DNA of 63,967 nucleotides, filler included, from Reclinomonas americana ATCC 50394 (Eukaryota): NCBI GenBank assembly GCA_048213135.1. It is 14 parts of 14 records of this genome, joined end to end, with 100 filler letters (N's around TTAATTAATTAA, not from the genome) between each part and the next. Parts side by side here need not be neighbours in the genome. Positions count along the whole stretch, not along the records: positions 1,696 to 16,291 come from AFZH01017744.1; positions 16,392 to 21,230 come from AFZH01017745.1; positions 21,331 to 22,704 come from AFZH01017746.1; positions 22,805 to 26,708 come from AFZH01017747.1; 10 more parts are not named here. One strand, 5' to 3'. Shown piece by piece: positions 13,701 to 23,991 of this stretch (position 1 is its first letter; each line of letters starts with the position of its first letter). The notes under the pieces were generated by a model. It saw only the letters and a program-made list of their open reading frames with translations, ran no database searches and was not told where the DNA came from. The position numbers and the translations under genes were made by a program.

Positions 13701-15126
13701 CCGAGACGCTTCGTCGACTGGCGCACGAGCGGCAGCGAGAGGCCCTCCGTCGGCGTCGTGCCGGCCTCTTGTCACAAGAAATGCCCTCCGCAGCGCCGCT
13801 GTCTCCTCGTCTGGCCGCTGAGGAGGCCATCGCTCCTCGAGTTGTCGCTGCGGACGATGAGAACGCGCTGCGTCAGCTGGCGGGTGACCGCTTGGCGGTG
13901 CCACTCGAGATCGCTGCGCTGGACTTGGAGCCGCCTATACCACCGGTACCGTGGGTACCCGTTGGTGCCGAGAGCATGGTGCGCCCACTGTGTGATCTCG
14001 TTGTGGTTCGTCACCCTTCGCTGCAAGTCACGCAATTGTCGATGCAGAATGGAGTCGAGTATGCACGTGCTCTCCTGGTCCGCTCGCTGGAAATGGAGGC
14101 CGCCGAGGCTGAAGCTGCTCGGGCGCGACTTGCCGCGCAAGCCGCAGCGGCGCGAGCTCCTGTCGTGGTTCGTTCTTTCGTTTTTTTCGCATGCTCGCGG
14201 GAGTTGCTCACGACTCGCAGGTGACGGAGGAGGACCTGGCGCTGCATCGCGACGCTTTCACGGGCACTCTGGTTGATGTGTGTGGTGAGCACGTCGGTGA
14301 CTGGAACAGAAGCCTGCGGCGGATCGAGAGTGCTCTGCGCTGGTGTGCCGCTCGCAAAACTCGCGTCATTGGCGAGCTGATTCGTGCCGGCTCCTCCCTC
14401 GATGCCATGGACTCGTTCTGGCATTCCTTGTCGCACTCGACGGACGTGCTGTGCGAGGGAAAGCCCGATGCCCACCGTCTGGCTGTGCGACGAGCGCTGA
14501 CGTGCGTGCTGGTTGAGGCCATGCACCCCGTGCCGGTGGCGCGTGTGCTGCTGGAGGAGGAAGAAGAGGAGGAGGAGGAGGAGGAGGAAGGGCGCGAGGA
14601 CACGGCGTGGAGTGCCTGGACACAGCGTGCGCTTCACCTGCAGCAGTACCCGTCGCTGCTGTTGGCATCGCTGCGACGCGTGTCGTCGCACAACTCACGC
14701 CATCTCACGCCCACTTTGCCTCTCGATGCAACTCTGCGAGAGATGGTGGCGCGGCAGCTCAGTGCCGCGTCAGTGGCCGAGGGCGTGAGCAGCCTGTGGG
14801 CCGGCGGCCGAGTGACACTGGAGCAGTTGTCGGCAGAGGCCTCGGCGGCGTACGGACAGCGGCTGCGGGAGGCGCGTGAACAGTTCTTTGTGGACCTCAT
14901 CGCCAGGGAACTGCCGCGCAGGCGCGAGGCACTCCGTCTCGACCCGCTCGTCACCGCCGACGTGTCACTCGACAGCAAGGTATTGTGCACCGCGCGAGTG
15001 CCACCGGCAGCGAGTCGCGTGGTCTCACATGCACATGCGCAGACGGTCTTTCGCGCCTTGGTCCAACGCTTCCCGGCCACCTATCGCGAGTTTCGCACGC
15101 AACAAGCAACAGGCGACACCGCCTGA
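10782..15126 (+). CDS. Hypothetical protein(s), helical and Ala/Arg/Glu-rich (one or two genes)
   Basis: Coding-like exons at about 11050-11290, 11370-11790, 12720-13140, 13370-13570, 13660-14170 and 14220-15126, bounded by GT/AG. No domain recognised. Confidence 0.45.
11790..12560. repeat. Purine-rich degenerate tandem repeat (about 190-bp unit) with (GA)n, probably intronic
   Basis: AAGCAGAGATAGCCAAGGGATACGGAGAAGCAGAAGGAGAG and GACGAGACAAGGGGAGAGTGTCGAAGAGGTCAGTTCAGAA each recur 2-3 times. Confidence 0.8.
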
Positions 15127-15150
15127 ACACGATCCAGCACCACAACTCCT

Positions 15151-15872
15151 TCACTTGCGCTTGGAGCTACTGGCGACGCCATCGCGACGACGCGAGTGCG
15201 CCAAGGCAGCGACCAGCAAGTCCACCACACCGAGCACGGACAGCGGCAGGAGATCCAGCTGCGGCACGCCAGCAACAATGGTGCCGCCCTGTTCGGGCAG
15301 ACGCTGAGCGGCCCACGCCACATCAGCCAAGTAGTTGATCCCGTGTACGACTACGCAGCACAGAGCCGGGCTGACAAGTCAGTCAGCGTTTCCGCGGAGA
15401 GCGAAACGGGCATGCACGGACCGAGCAAGCAGCGCAACGCCGTGACGTCACGCACGGTAACGACCATGAGCGCAGTCAGCAGACCGAACAGAAGCCAGTA
15501 CTTGTAGGTGGCAAAGTAAAAGAGGCCGAATGCATCGCCGTGTGACCACAACGCCAGACAAGTCGACTCGGGCGGGAAGGTTTTTCCGAGCGGTTCTGTG
15601 CAGTGTGTGAGAGGCGGGGAATGAGACGAAAGGGGAGAGCATGGATGATACCGAGGAGTCTCTCACACTGCAGCTGTGGTTGCAGGTGGAAGACGGAGCC
15701 GCCAACAAGAAAGAAACTGCAAAATCAGGCGTGTGAGTGAGGTAGAGACACACAGACAGAGAGTGTGGAGAGTGCGCAACAATGCGTGGAATGTGAGCAG
15801 GCCGAGCAGCAGCCTTGAGGGAGCCATTGTGTGCAACAAAACGTCGTGGAAGAGAGGACGCATGAAGGACAT
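15151..15872 (-). CDS. Small multi-pass membrane protein, 4 exons (start 15827-15872)
   Basis: Manual splicing gives MAPSRLLLGLLTFHAFFFLVGGSVFHLQPQLQCERLLEPLGKTFPPESTCLALWSHGDAFGLFYFATYKYWLLFGLLTALMVVTVRDVTALRCLLVVHGINYLADVAW...VLGVVDLLVAALAHSRRRDGVASSSKRK*. Confidence 0.6.
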
Positions 15873-15898
15873 CAGTTTTTGTTGTGACTGAGACAAAG

Positions 15899-16261
15899 AT
15901 GGGCAAGCGAAAGAAGAAGAAGGACAAGAAGCCGATCATTGTGTGCTACTACTGCATGCGGGCGTTCCAAGTTGCGCAATGGACGACCAGAGAGAGCAGT
16001 CGGCCATGTGCATGTTGACTCACACACACTCTCGCGCTCTCTCTTACACACATGGTGCAGGATATCAAGACGTTAACTGATCATCAGCGCCTGAAGCACT
16101 TTAAAGTTGAGTGGCGATATGACTGTCTCTCTTGTTCTCTCTTGTTCTTGTACTCATTGATGATGATGACGTGTGCAGTGCCAACTGTGCTCCAAGCGCA
16201 TGCTGGGCTCGTACAGTCTGCGAACGCACGTGGTCAATGTGCACAAGCAGCCAATGGACAA
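15899..16261 (+). CDS. ZNF207: ZNF207/BuGZ/SUF4-like C2H2 zinc-finger protein, N-terminal exons (3' end lost at gap)
   Basis: Exons 15899-15970, 16061-16105 and 16179-16261 splice to MGKRKKKKDKKPIIVCYYCMRAFQDIKTLTDHQRLKHFKCQLCSKRMLGSYSLRTHVVNVHKQPMD, the characteristic ZNF207 N-terminus. Not recovered as such by the ORF track. Confidence 0.9.
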
Positions 16262-17984
16262 GTGAGTGCTCATACAGAGAGAAAGAAAACANNNNNNNNN
16301 NNNNNNNNNNNNNNNNNNNNNNNNNNNNNNNNNNNTTAATTAATTAANNNNNNNNNNNNNNNNNNNNNNNNNNNNNNNNNNNNNNNNNNNNGGGGGGGTT
16401 GTGGCTGTCTTGGTTGACCAAGCTGTGAGTGGGCGGGAGAAATGGAGTCCGGCGAAGACGATGGGGAGCAGCGAAGGCAGGCGTTTCTCACTGCCTGACT
16501 GGTAGCCCGACGCCGGAGACTGAAAGCAACAAGGAAGATCCAAGTCGGTGGAGACAACAGCACGCATGGAATCACAAGCCGGAAATGCACAGCAACATGA
16601 AGAAAGCAGCAGCGACGAAGAGTGACAAGCACCACGCGGCTTCATTATCATACCAAGAAACACGCAGGCAGTGGCGACGTCGCGGAGAATACATTGTGAG
16701 AGAGTGACCGGAGGTGACACACTCACACACACAGAGAGAGTCGCAGTGGCCAAGCCCTCAGTTCTCCGACGACGCAAGCCAGTTGTCCAGGCAGCCAATC
16801 GACGTGAGCTTCTGCGCACACGCACGCACAGAGAGACAGCGAGACAAGGAATGATGAGATCGATATCTTCATCCACGCGCGCGCGCGCAAAGGAAACGCA
16901 ACGAGCGGTGCTTCCATCATAGGAGCAGCGCATGTGTCAGAGAACGCATCTGCGCGATGAATGAGAACGACTGTTGCACACACACACACACAAAGAGAGA
17001 AGGCGCGCGCAAGAGACCAGCGGCGACATTGGTTCCACTGTGGGGCGAGCAGTGAGTAAGAGCACGTGACGTGCGTGCAGGGTGGACGTGCAAGAGACGC
17101 AACGTGGCAGTGGCTTGCTCCATGTTGACGAATGAGAGAGAGACAACAGGTGCAATATCGATTTCATGAACAGGTGGAGCAACACTGGCAGCGGCTGGGG
17201 AAGGTGCTTCCTGTTGAATATCAGCTCGGTAATGCGTGATCAAGGCAGCAACCGTGGAGACAGTTGACCCGCAGCACAAAACCGCATGGCAAATGGTGGC
17301 AAAAACTGTTCACATGCATATGCATGTCAACCTTGTTTTGTCCGGATCCAGCGCAACAACACCAACTCTGCTCCAACTCGCGCGCTGCACTGCTTCGTAG
17401 TGAAGACCACCCTGAGTGCACACCATCTGCAGAAACGGCGACATCCAAGGAAGCGGAAGAACCGAGTCGAAATGTGCAGAATGATATCGATGGCCGTGCA
17501 TGCAGCGCATGGCCTGGCGTTTCTGCAAGAGAAACCGCGGCTCGTGACAAGCACGGACCTGGCGCCGAGCACACCAACTCTCTTATAGCTGCATGATGAT
17601 GGAGATCGCATTGAGAACGTGCAGCACCAACACAGAAGGGAGAGTCGCCATGAATGCTGGCCAGCGCTATGCAGAGCTCGCCACAATGACGCCAGACTGT
17701 GGCAAACAGTGCTGAAGCACGTGAGCAAATGCATGCATATGCATGCGAGCCCACGGAACACGTTCGCTGCGTTCTTTGTTCAATCGCAATATCAAACATC
17801 TTGTGAAAGAGAGGCGAAGGAAGGAAGAGAGACAGAAGACGCAGACACGCGAGAGTGCACACAAGGAGTGTACATGTGTGAGAGAGAGAGACAGTGTGAC
17901 AGCCGAAAGCCACGCGCAGAATGACAGACAATCTGGCCATGGTACGAATCACACTTGTGTTGCGCGCTCTCCCAGTGCGCGTGA

Positions 17985-18296
17985 TCAGGCAGCGCTAGTG
18001 CCTCCGCACCAGCCACCAAGGCTGGAAATGTTGCCCTGGTTGCGTAAAAAGATGAGAAAAACCGTCTCTGGTTTCACACACACGCAGCGTGCACACAGTC
18101 TTCCCGCAACTACAGAGAGATTCGGGTCATAGGTTCCAGAGGGCGCAAAGGCCGTCAGAGTGCCCGTTGGTTCAATAGTACTGGTGCTGAACGAGAGAGA
18201 GAGTGTGTGTGTGTGTGTGAGAGGCTTATTGATCATGATGTGGTGGGTGGCAGTGGAGAGCAAGGAGAAGAGACGTAACGGGATGACGCTCTCCAT
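17985..18296 (-). CDS. Small WCGGT-motif peptide gene, copy 3 (3 exons; second donor ambiguous)
   Basis: Exon 1 18296-18280, exon 2 from 18186, exon 3 18035-17985: MESVIPTSTIEPTGTLTAFAPSGTYDPNLS...GNISSLGGWCGGTSAA*. Confidence 0.6.
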   Translation of the reverse strand: MESVIPLRLFSLLSTATHHIMINKPLTHTHTLSLSFSTSTIEPTGTLTAFAPSGTYDPNLSVVAGRLCARCVCVKPETVFLIFLRNQGNISSLGGWCGGTSAA

Positions 18297-18571
18297 TCGT
18301 GTGTGGAATGTGTGTGTGCGAGAAGAAGCAATCAGACAGCGCTGCGAGCACTCTTTTCATGCTGCAATATCGGCCCACGGAACACGATCGCAGCGCTTCT
18401 TCTTCATTCACTTGCAACAAACAAGAGGCAACAGCTGTCTTGATGACGCATATCAAACATCTTGTGAAGAACAGGTGAAAAAAAGGAAGAGACAGAACGC
18501 GCGCAGACTGACAATCTGATACGAATCACCCTTGCGTTGCGCGCTCTCGCAGCTGCAGTGCGTGTGATCGA

Positions 18572-18926
18572 TCAGGTGGCGCCAGTGCCCCCACACCATC
18601 CATCAAGGCTGCTAATGTCGCCCTGATTGGGAGCAGATTGATAATAAACATGAGAAAAAACTGTCTGTTTGTTTGTTTGTGGTTTTTGGCACACACACGC
18701 AACAACAAAGCACTGTCGCGGAGGCATACTTTGGTCAACAATGGATCCGAAGGGTGTCATGGCCAGGATGCCCGATGCTTCACTGTAAAGAGAAAAGAAA
18801 GAGAGAGAGAGCAGAGAGCAGAGAGGGAGATAGCGTGCGCGCGAATGATCGTGAGTGTGAGGTGCGCGGAAGGTGAGAGAAGAGAGAGGAGACGTACGTT
18901 AACGCGATGATGTTCTCGAGCTCCAT
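18572..18926 (-). CDS. Small WCGGT-motif peptide gene, copy 2 (50 aa, 3 exons)
   Basis: Exons 18926-18904, 18782-18704 and 18622-18572: MELENIIAEASGILAMTPFGSIVDQSMPPRQCFVGDISSLDGWCGGTGAT*. Confidence 0.68.
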
Positions 18927-19160
18927 TCGTGCGTGGAATGTGTGTGCGAGAAGAAATGATCATAAAAAGGCGAGCACTGTATCGGCCCACACGGAACACA
19001 TTCTTATCTTTCGTTGTGTGCTCTTCGTACGCGTTCAATTGCAAGTTGTGCAGGAGACGCGAAGAAGGAAGAAGACACAGAGACGCAGCAAAAAAAGCAA
19101 GATATTGATGACACAATGACTCACTCACGATGCGCTCTCACAATGTGTGTGTGTATGTGA

Positions 19161-19527
19161 TCAGTAGGCGCCGCCAGAGCTGTCGCCAGTCCCGCCGCAC
19201 CACGCGCCAAGGTTGCCAATGTCGCCCTGATTGGGAACACATACATAAAGACATGAGAAGAAACTGTCTGTGTGTGGTTTTCATATTCACGTGCATGAAC
19301 GTGAGCGCGCGCAACTCCGTAGCACTGCTGCGGGGAGAGTGACTGGCCGAGAGCGGATCCGGTGGAGTTGCCGGCCGCAGCCGCCATGATGCTCGCGATT
19401 TCACTGAGAGAGAGAGAGAGAGAGCGTGCGAGTGATCGTGAGTACAAGGTGTGCGTTTGATGGGGTGGGCGTGCGAGTAGGGGAGAGCAGGGAGAGGTGT
19501 GAGACGCAACGCGACGATGCTGTCCAT
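19161..19527 (-). CDS. Small WCGGT-motif peptide gene, copy 1 (56 aa, 3 exons)
   Basis: Exons 19527-19511, 19403-19316 and 19226-19161: MDSIVAEIASIMAAAAGNSTGSALGQSLSPQQCYGGDIGNLGAWCGGTGDSSGGAY*. Confidence 0.7.
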
Positions 19528-19846
19528 TCGTGTGGGGGATGAGTGAGAACAGGACAGAGACGTCGATAAAGTGTCGATGCGATGTCGCTGGTTTGGCTTT
19601 CGTAAGCGCAACTGTGTTGTGATCGACGACTTCTCGCGCACGCGCCGCGCCACTCACCTCGTCCTACGGAATGTCGACTCGACATCGACGGTCGATGTCG
19701 ACATCGACTTGATTCTTCCGATTTACATCCGTGTCGCGCGCACATGCAACCTCACAAGAGTAAAGGGTTTGCCTCTCCCTCCCTCTCACTCTCTCCCGCT
19801 CCCTCTCCCTCCTCTCTCTCTCTCTCTCACCAGTCGCTGACGTCAA

Positions 19847-21230
19847 TTGCGTGTGTTGTCGACGTCATCCAGGAAAAGTGCCTCTGCTGCTTCAGGCAGT
19901 GGCTCCAGATCCGCTGCCTCAGGCAGTGGTGTCTCTGGTGCCTCTGCTGCCTCAGGCAGTGGTGTCTCTGGTGCCTCCGCTGCTTCAGGCAGTGGTGCCT
20001 CTGGTGCCTCTGTTGCTTCCGGCAGTGGTGTCTCTGGTGCCTCCGCTGCTTCAGGCAGTGGTTCCACTGCATCACGCAGTGCCACGGCGGCTGCTGGATC
20101 CGCTGCATCAGGCAGTGGCGTCTCTGGAGCCTCCGCTTCTTCGGCTCGAGGCCACCCTGCTGAGCCAGAGGAGGAGCCGTGGAGTGCGACACAGAGTCGG
20201 CGCGCGGCGCGAGTGCGCGAGCAGCTGATGGCGGTGGAGAATGAGTTTGCGGATCTGTGGCGTGAGTGGACCGAGTTGGTGGGGGCGGTGGGCGATGCGG
20301 AACCGTCGGAGGAGCAGAAGAAGTTGCGGGTGTTTCGTGTGCACGCGGAATCTCGCTCCGTCTGTGTTCGTTCTTCGCCACTCTGCCGCTGCTCGTTCGC
20401 CGCGCTATTTCACTCTTTCACTCTTGTCTTCTGTTGTCCCTGTATTACTCTTTTTCTCTCTCTCTCTCTTTTCACTCTTTTTTCTTTCTTTCTCGCTTGT
20501 TTGCTGCGTTCCTTTTTTCTTGCTTGCTTGCTTTCCTTCTCACTTTCTTTCTCTTCTTTCTTTCTTTCTTTCTCTTTCTCTCTCTTTTCACTCTTATATT
20601 TCTTTTCTCAGCTGTCTCACTCTTCTGCATACACAGGCGGCTGAAGGAACTCATCGACCAGATGACTGCCGTTCTGTCTCGCCGGAACGCCATGGTCACC
20701 AAATTCGAGGCCCACTACGAAGACCTGCGTGACATTCCCTCCGATAGGGCCTACGCCAACATTCATGCACTGGAAGGCGAGCCAGTCGACCTGACTGCTC
20801 GCTTCCCGTCCCTGGCCCTCGTGGCCGGCGGTGCGATCGACAGTTTTCTGGTCATCCTCAGCATGCTCAACCCTCAGGTTAACCTCGACTTGGCTCGCGA
20901 ACAGATGCAGTCTAAACCTGGCGTTGGGAAGGGCAAGGTGTTTTTTTCCTCCTTGCTTTTAAAGGACCGCCGCTGTATGTGTGACAGTTGTTCTTCCTAC
21001 AGTGGGTGCCAGGCACCAAGGCCGGCGTGTCGCCGTTTGCCTCCCCGCTCTGTCGGTTCGCCGACACGTATACGCGCCGAAGTTCGCCACACAAGTCCCG
21101 CAGCTGTGTCTGTCTCTGTCGCATCGTTGTCTCACTCGGTACGCAGACACCACTGCCGGTGTGTCCCGCCCATTCTCTCGTGCGCTCCGCGCCGAGTACT
21201 TCACCCGATGGATGCCGGAACCTGGTATCA
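19847..21230 (+). CDS. Hypothetical protein with N-terminal (ASAASGSGVSG)n repeats and a coiled coil (start uncertain, 3' end in gap)
   Basis: Repeat exon followed by RVREQLMAVENEFADLWREW, a CT-rich intron (about 20330-20636) and the exon RLKELIDQMTAVLSRRNAMVTKFEAHYEDL... Confidence 0.55.
19879..20140 (+). repeat. 33-bp coding minisatellite, about 6-7 units
   Basis: GCCTC(T/C)GCTGC(T/C)TCAGGCAGTGGTGTCTCTGGT repeated; variation is mostly at third codon positions of the + frame. Confidence 0.9.
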
Positions 21231-21330
21231 NNNNNNNNNNNNNNNNNNNNNNNNNNNNNNNNNNNNNNNNNNNNTTAATTAATTAANNNNNNNNNNNNNN
21301 NNNNNNNNNNNNNNNNNNNNNNNNNNNNNN

Positions 21331-22119
21331 GCCGCCGCAGCTTTCTCATCAAGTTGTACATGAAGACGGCTACGTCAAGGTGTTTGATCTTCGCACGTCA
21401 CTCGCCGTCGCCACGCTCTACATGGATGGCATGGCTAGTGGTGGAGTGCTGTTCGGCGACTCGGAGACCAGTTTCTGCGCCTTTGTTGGTGTGGGCGAGT
21501 CCGTCCGCTGTATTGACTTCCGGCGTCCGGTCGCACCAGCGTTCGTTCTCCACCACTCGTCGTTGCAATTCTCTGAGGCGCGCTCTCTCTCTCTCTGACG
21601 AACACGCGCAGGTACGAGATGAGCACGGGAAACGGCACTCCTGTGGAACTCGTCTTCAACCGAGAGCACAATCACCTTCTGGTGTCGGCTGTTAGCGAGT
21701 GTGCGTGTGTGCAGTTGAAAAAAGTGCTGGTTGATGCATGCCGAGCACTGATTATCATCTTCGCTGCGCCTCGTGCAACCCAGGTGACAAGCTCCAAGAA
21801 GACTACGACTTCTACTACGGGCATTCTGCTGCTCCAGCAAAGAAATGGCCGGATCGTGTGCAACACAATCGAAAGGACTTTGAGCAGCGATTCCATGGTG
21901 ACCCGACACAGCGCAGGGTGTCTTCATTACCGTCCTGTTCTCACTGCACTCCGCAATCCTTGCAGTGGAGAATGGTGCTGGACGGTTCCGCGATCGCTTC
22001 CTCCTCGACTACGACTTTGGTCGCGACGAGCCCGACCATGAAAAATTTGAGGATGACGAAGTCGATGATGACGATGATGATGATGAGGAGGAGGAGTATG
22101 AAGGAGAGGACGACCAGTG
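21331..22119 (+). CDS. C-terminal part of a divergent WD40/beta-propeller-like protein
   Basis: EDGYVKVFDLR, ESVRCIDFRR, YEMSTGNGTPVELVF and a WP..H..DF segment; 5' end lies in the gap. Confidence 0.5.
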
Positions 22120-22139
22120 AACGTTTCTGGTCACCGCCC

Positions 22140-22540
22140 ATGGCAAGAACGGGAGCAGTGCCACAAACAATGAGCAATAAAGAAAGCGTCGCAAGAAGGA
22201 ACTATGTCAGCGATGTATGCTCTCCGTGGGGCAGTGCCGCGAACAATGCGCGAGAAAGAGAGAAAGCACACCAGCAGGATGACCAGGAAGAGGACAGTGG
22301 CGTCGCTGTGTCGGTGCGGGTTGTGGTGCATGCTTCTCGAGCTCAGCGGAGACAGTGCCGCGAACAATCAGCATGAAAGACTGAGAGCAGCACAGCGATT
22401 GAGGCCAGTGGCGTCGCTGTGTCGGTGCAGGTTGCAGTGCATGCTTCTCAGCAGAGGCAGTGCCGCGAACAATCAGCAAGCATATGAAAGCGGCACACCA
22501 GCAGCAAGCCTTGAGACCAGGAAGAGACATGCGACAGACA
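22140..22540. repeat. Degenerate intergenic tandem repeat
   Basis: CAGTGCCGCGAACAAT about 4 times and CAGTGGCGTCGCTGTGTCGGTGC twice. Confidence 0.7.
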
Positions 22541-23254
22541 CGATGCAGTGTACTGCAGGAAGCTCCTCAGGTCCTTCCTCCATCACAACGCACGATGACC
22601 CCGGCGGATAGTGATCACGGAGAGAGAGAGAGAGAGAGAGAGCGGCACTCGATAGAATACAACGCACACACACAGTCGTTGCGCTCAGTAGTCGCCAGAG
22701 CTGGNNNNNNNNNNNNNNNNNNNNNNNNNNNNNNNNNNNNNNNNNNNNTTAATTAATTAANNNNNNNNNNNNNNNNNNNNNNNNNNNNNNNNNNNNNNNN
22801 NNNNAGCTATCGCCTGTTCCGCCACACCATCCACTCAAGTTGGCAATCTCACGCTGTAGTAATCATTCAGCACACACCCTCCGCCACACAAAGGGTCGAC
22901 GAGCATCCACGCAACTTCCCAGACGTGTCTGTGCTCCTTGAGGCGGTGCACAGGAGCAACCGGGGCACCATTGGAACTCGAAATGTCACTGTGTGTAGTG
23001 GGAGAAGTGTGTACGAGAGTGAGTGTGCGTGTTGTTGGTCTGGTGTGCACGGGGGCGAGCTCAGGTGAACGCAACAGCGAGATTTGCTCCATTTGGATGG
23101 GAGGGGAGCGCAAGGAGGCTGAGAGGACAGCAAAATCGCGAAGTGCTTCGTGTGTGAGTGTATGTGACCGCCTGGCGAGTTACTACACAGGGCATCTCGT
23201 CGTGCTGTTCCACAGGGCGATTGCGGCGCTGTTTGGCACCAGCAGAGGTCGATG

Positions 23255-23880
23255 AAGCATGCAGATGTCCTGCGACGCACACAAATGTCGCGATCGTTCC
23301 CTCTTCTTTCCCCCAGGGTCCTCTGCACGGATACACTGAGATGGTGACATCTGTGGCTATCACTCCCGACGGGCAGCACATCATCAATTGTGAAGAAGGG
23401 GTGATTGATTGGTCTTCACTCGAACAGCGCGGTCATTGCAAGCACAAGGCACAGCGAAGCACAAAGCAATAGATGGCTCTCACATGAACGCGTTCGTGCC
23501 ACCCATCCAGTCCGTAAGGCTGCCAAACACCTGGTTGGTGGGGATCTGCTGCAACCACTGATCAATCAATGGAACACACACACAGTGAATCACACTCTCA
23601 GTGAATCACACGCAACAGTGCTGTTCTCGGTGGCCTGAGCAACCGGCGGGCAATCCGCTGCAGGAGAAAGAGGAGAAGAAAGAGGAAGAGGAGATGAGAA
23701 GCGACAGTGTATCAAAAAGTAGACAATTGCCACTCACCAGGCACAGGAGCGTTACTGGTTCTGCACAGCGGGGAGAGTGTTGGTTGAGAACCTTGTGTCA
23801 GCTGCGCAGAGAGCAGGGAGCACTCACCCAAGACCTTCCATTCGCGATTCTGCCGCACAGGACGTCGTCAGAAGCGTCGC
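23255..23880 (+). pseudogene. Internally deleted copy of the downstream WD40 gene plus a duplicate of its 3' flank
   Basis: One WD repeat (LHGYTEMVTSVAITPDGQHII) joins directly to sequence closely matching about 25180-25620 (GGCTCTCACATGAACGCGTTCGTGCCACCCATCCA, ACCGGCGGGCAATCCGCTGCAGGAGAA, GTTACTGGTTCTGCAC). Confidence 0.65.
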
Positions 23881-23991
23881 AGCTCGTCGCCTCACTCCTT
23901 GTGCAGGAGACGACTTCGCTGGAGAGTGCGTAGTCTACTGCCCCACAGTGCCGTCGCAGCGCTGCCTTCTCGTTTGCAGCGTCGGCACACG

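Noticed and set aside
19405..19700. Model in which one shared upstream exon (MSTSTVDVESTFRRT) splices to three alternative peptide cassettes
   Set aside because: The acceptor phases needed are inconsistent for copy 2, whereas an in-frame ATG is conserved in all three units. Independent genes are the simpler model, though the alternative is not excluded for copy 1.
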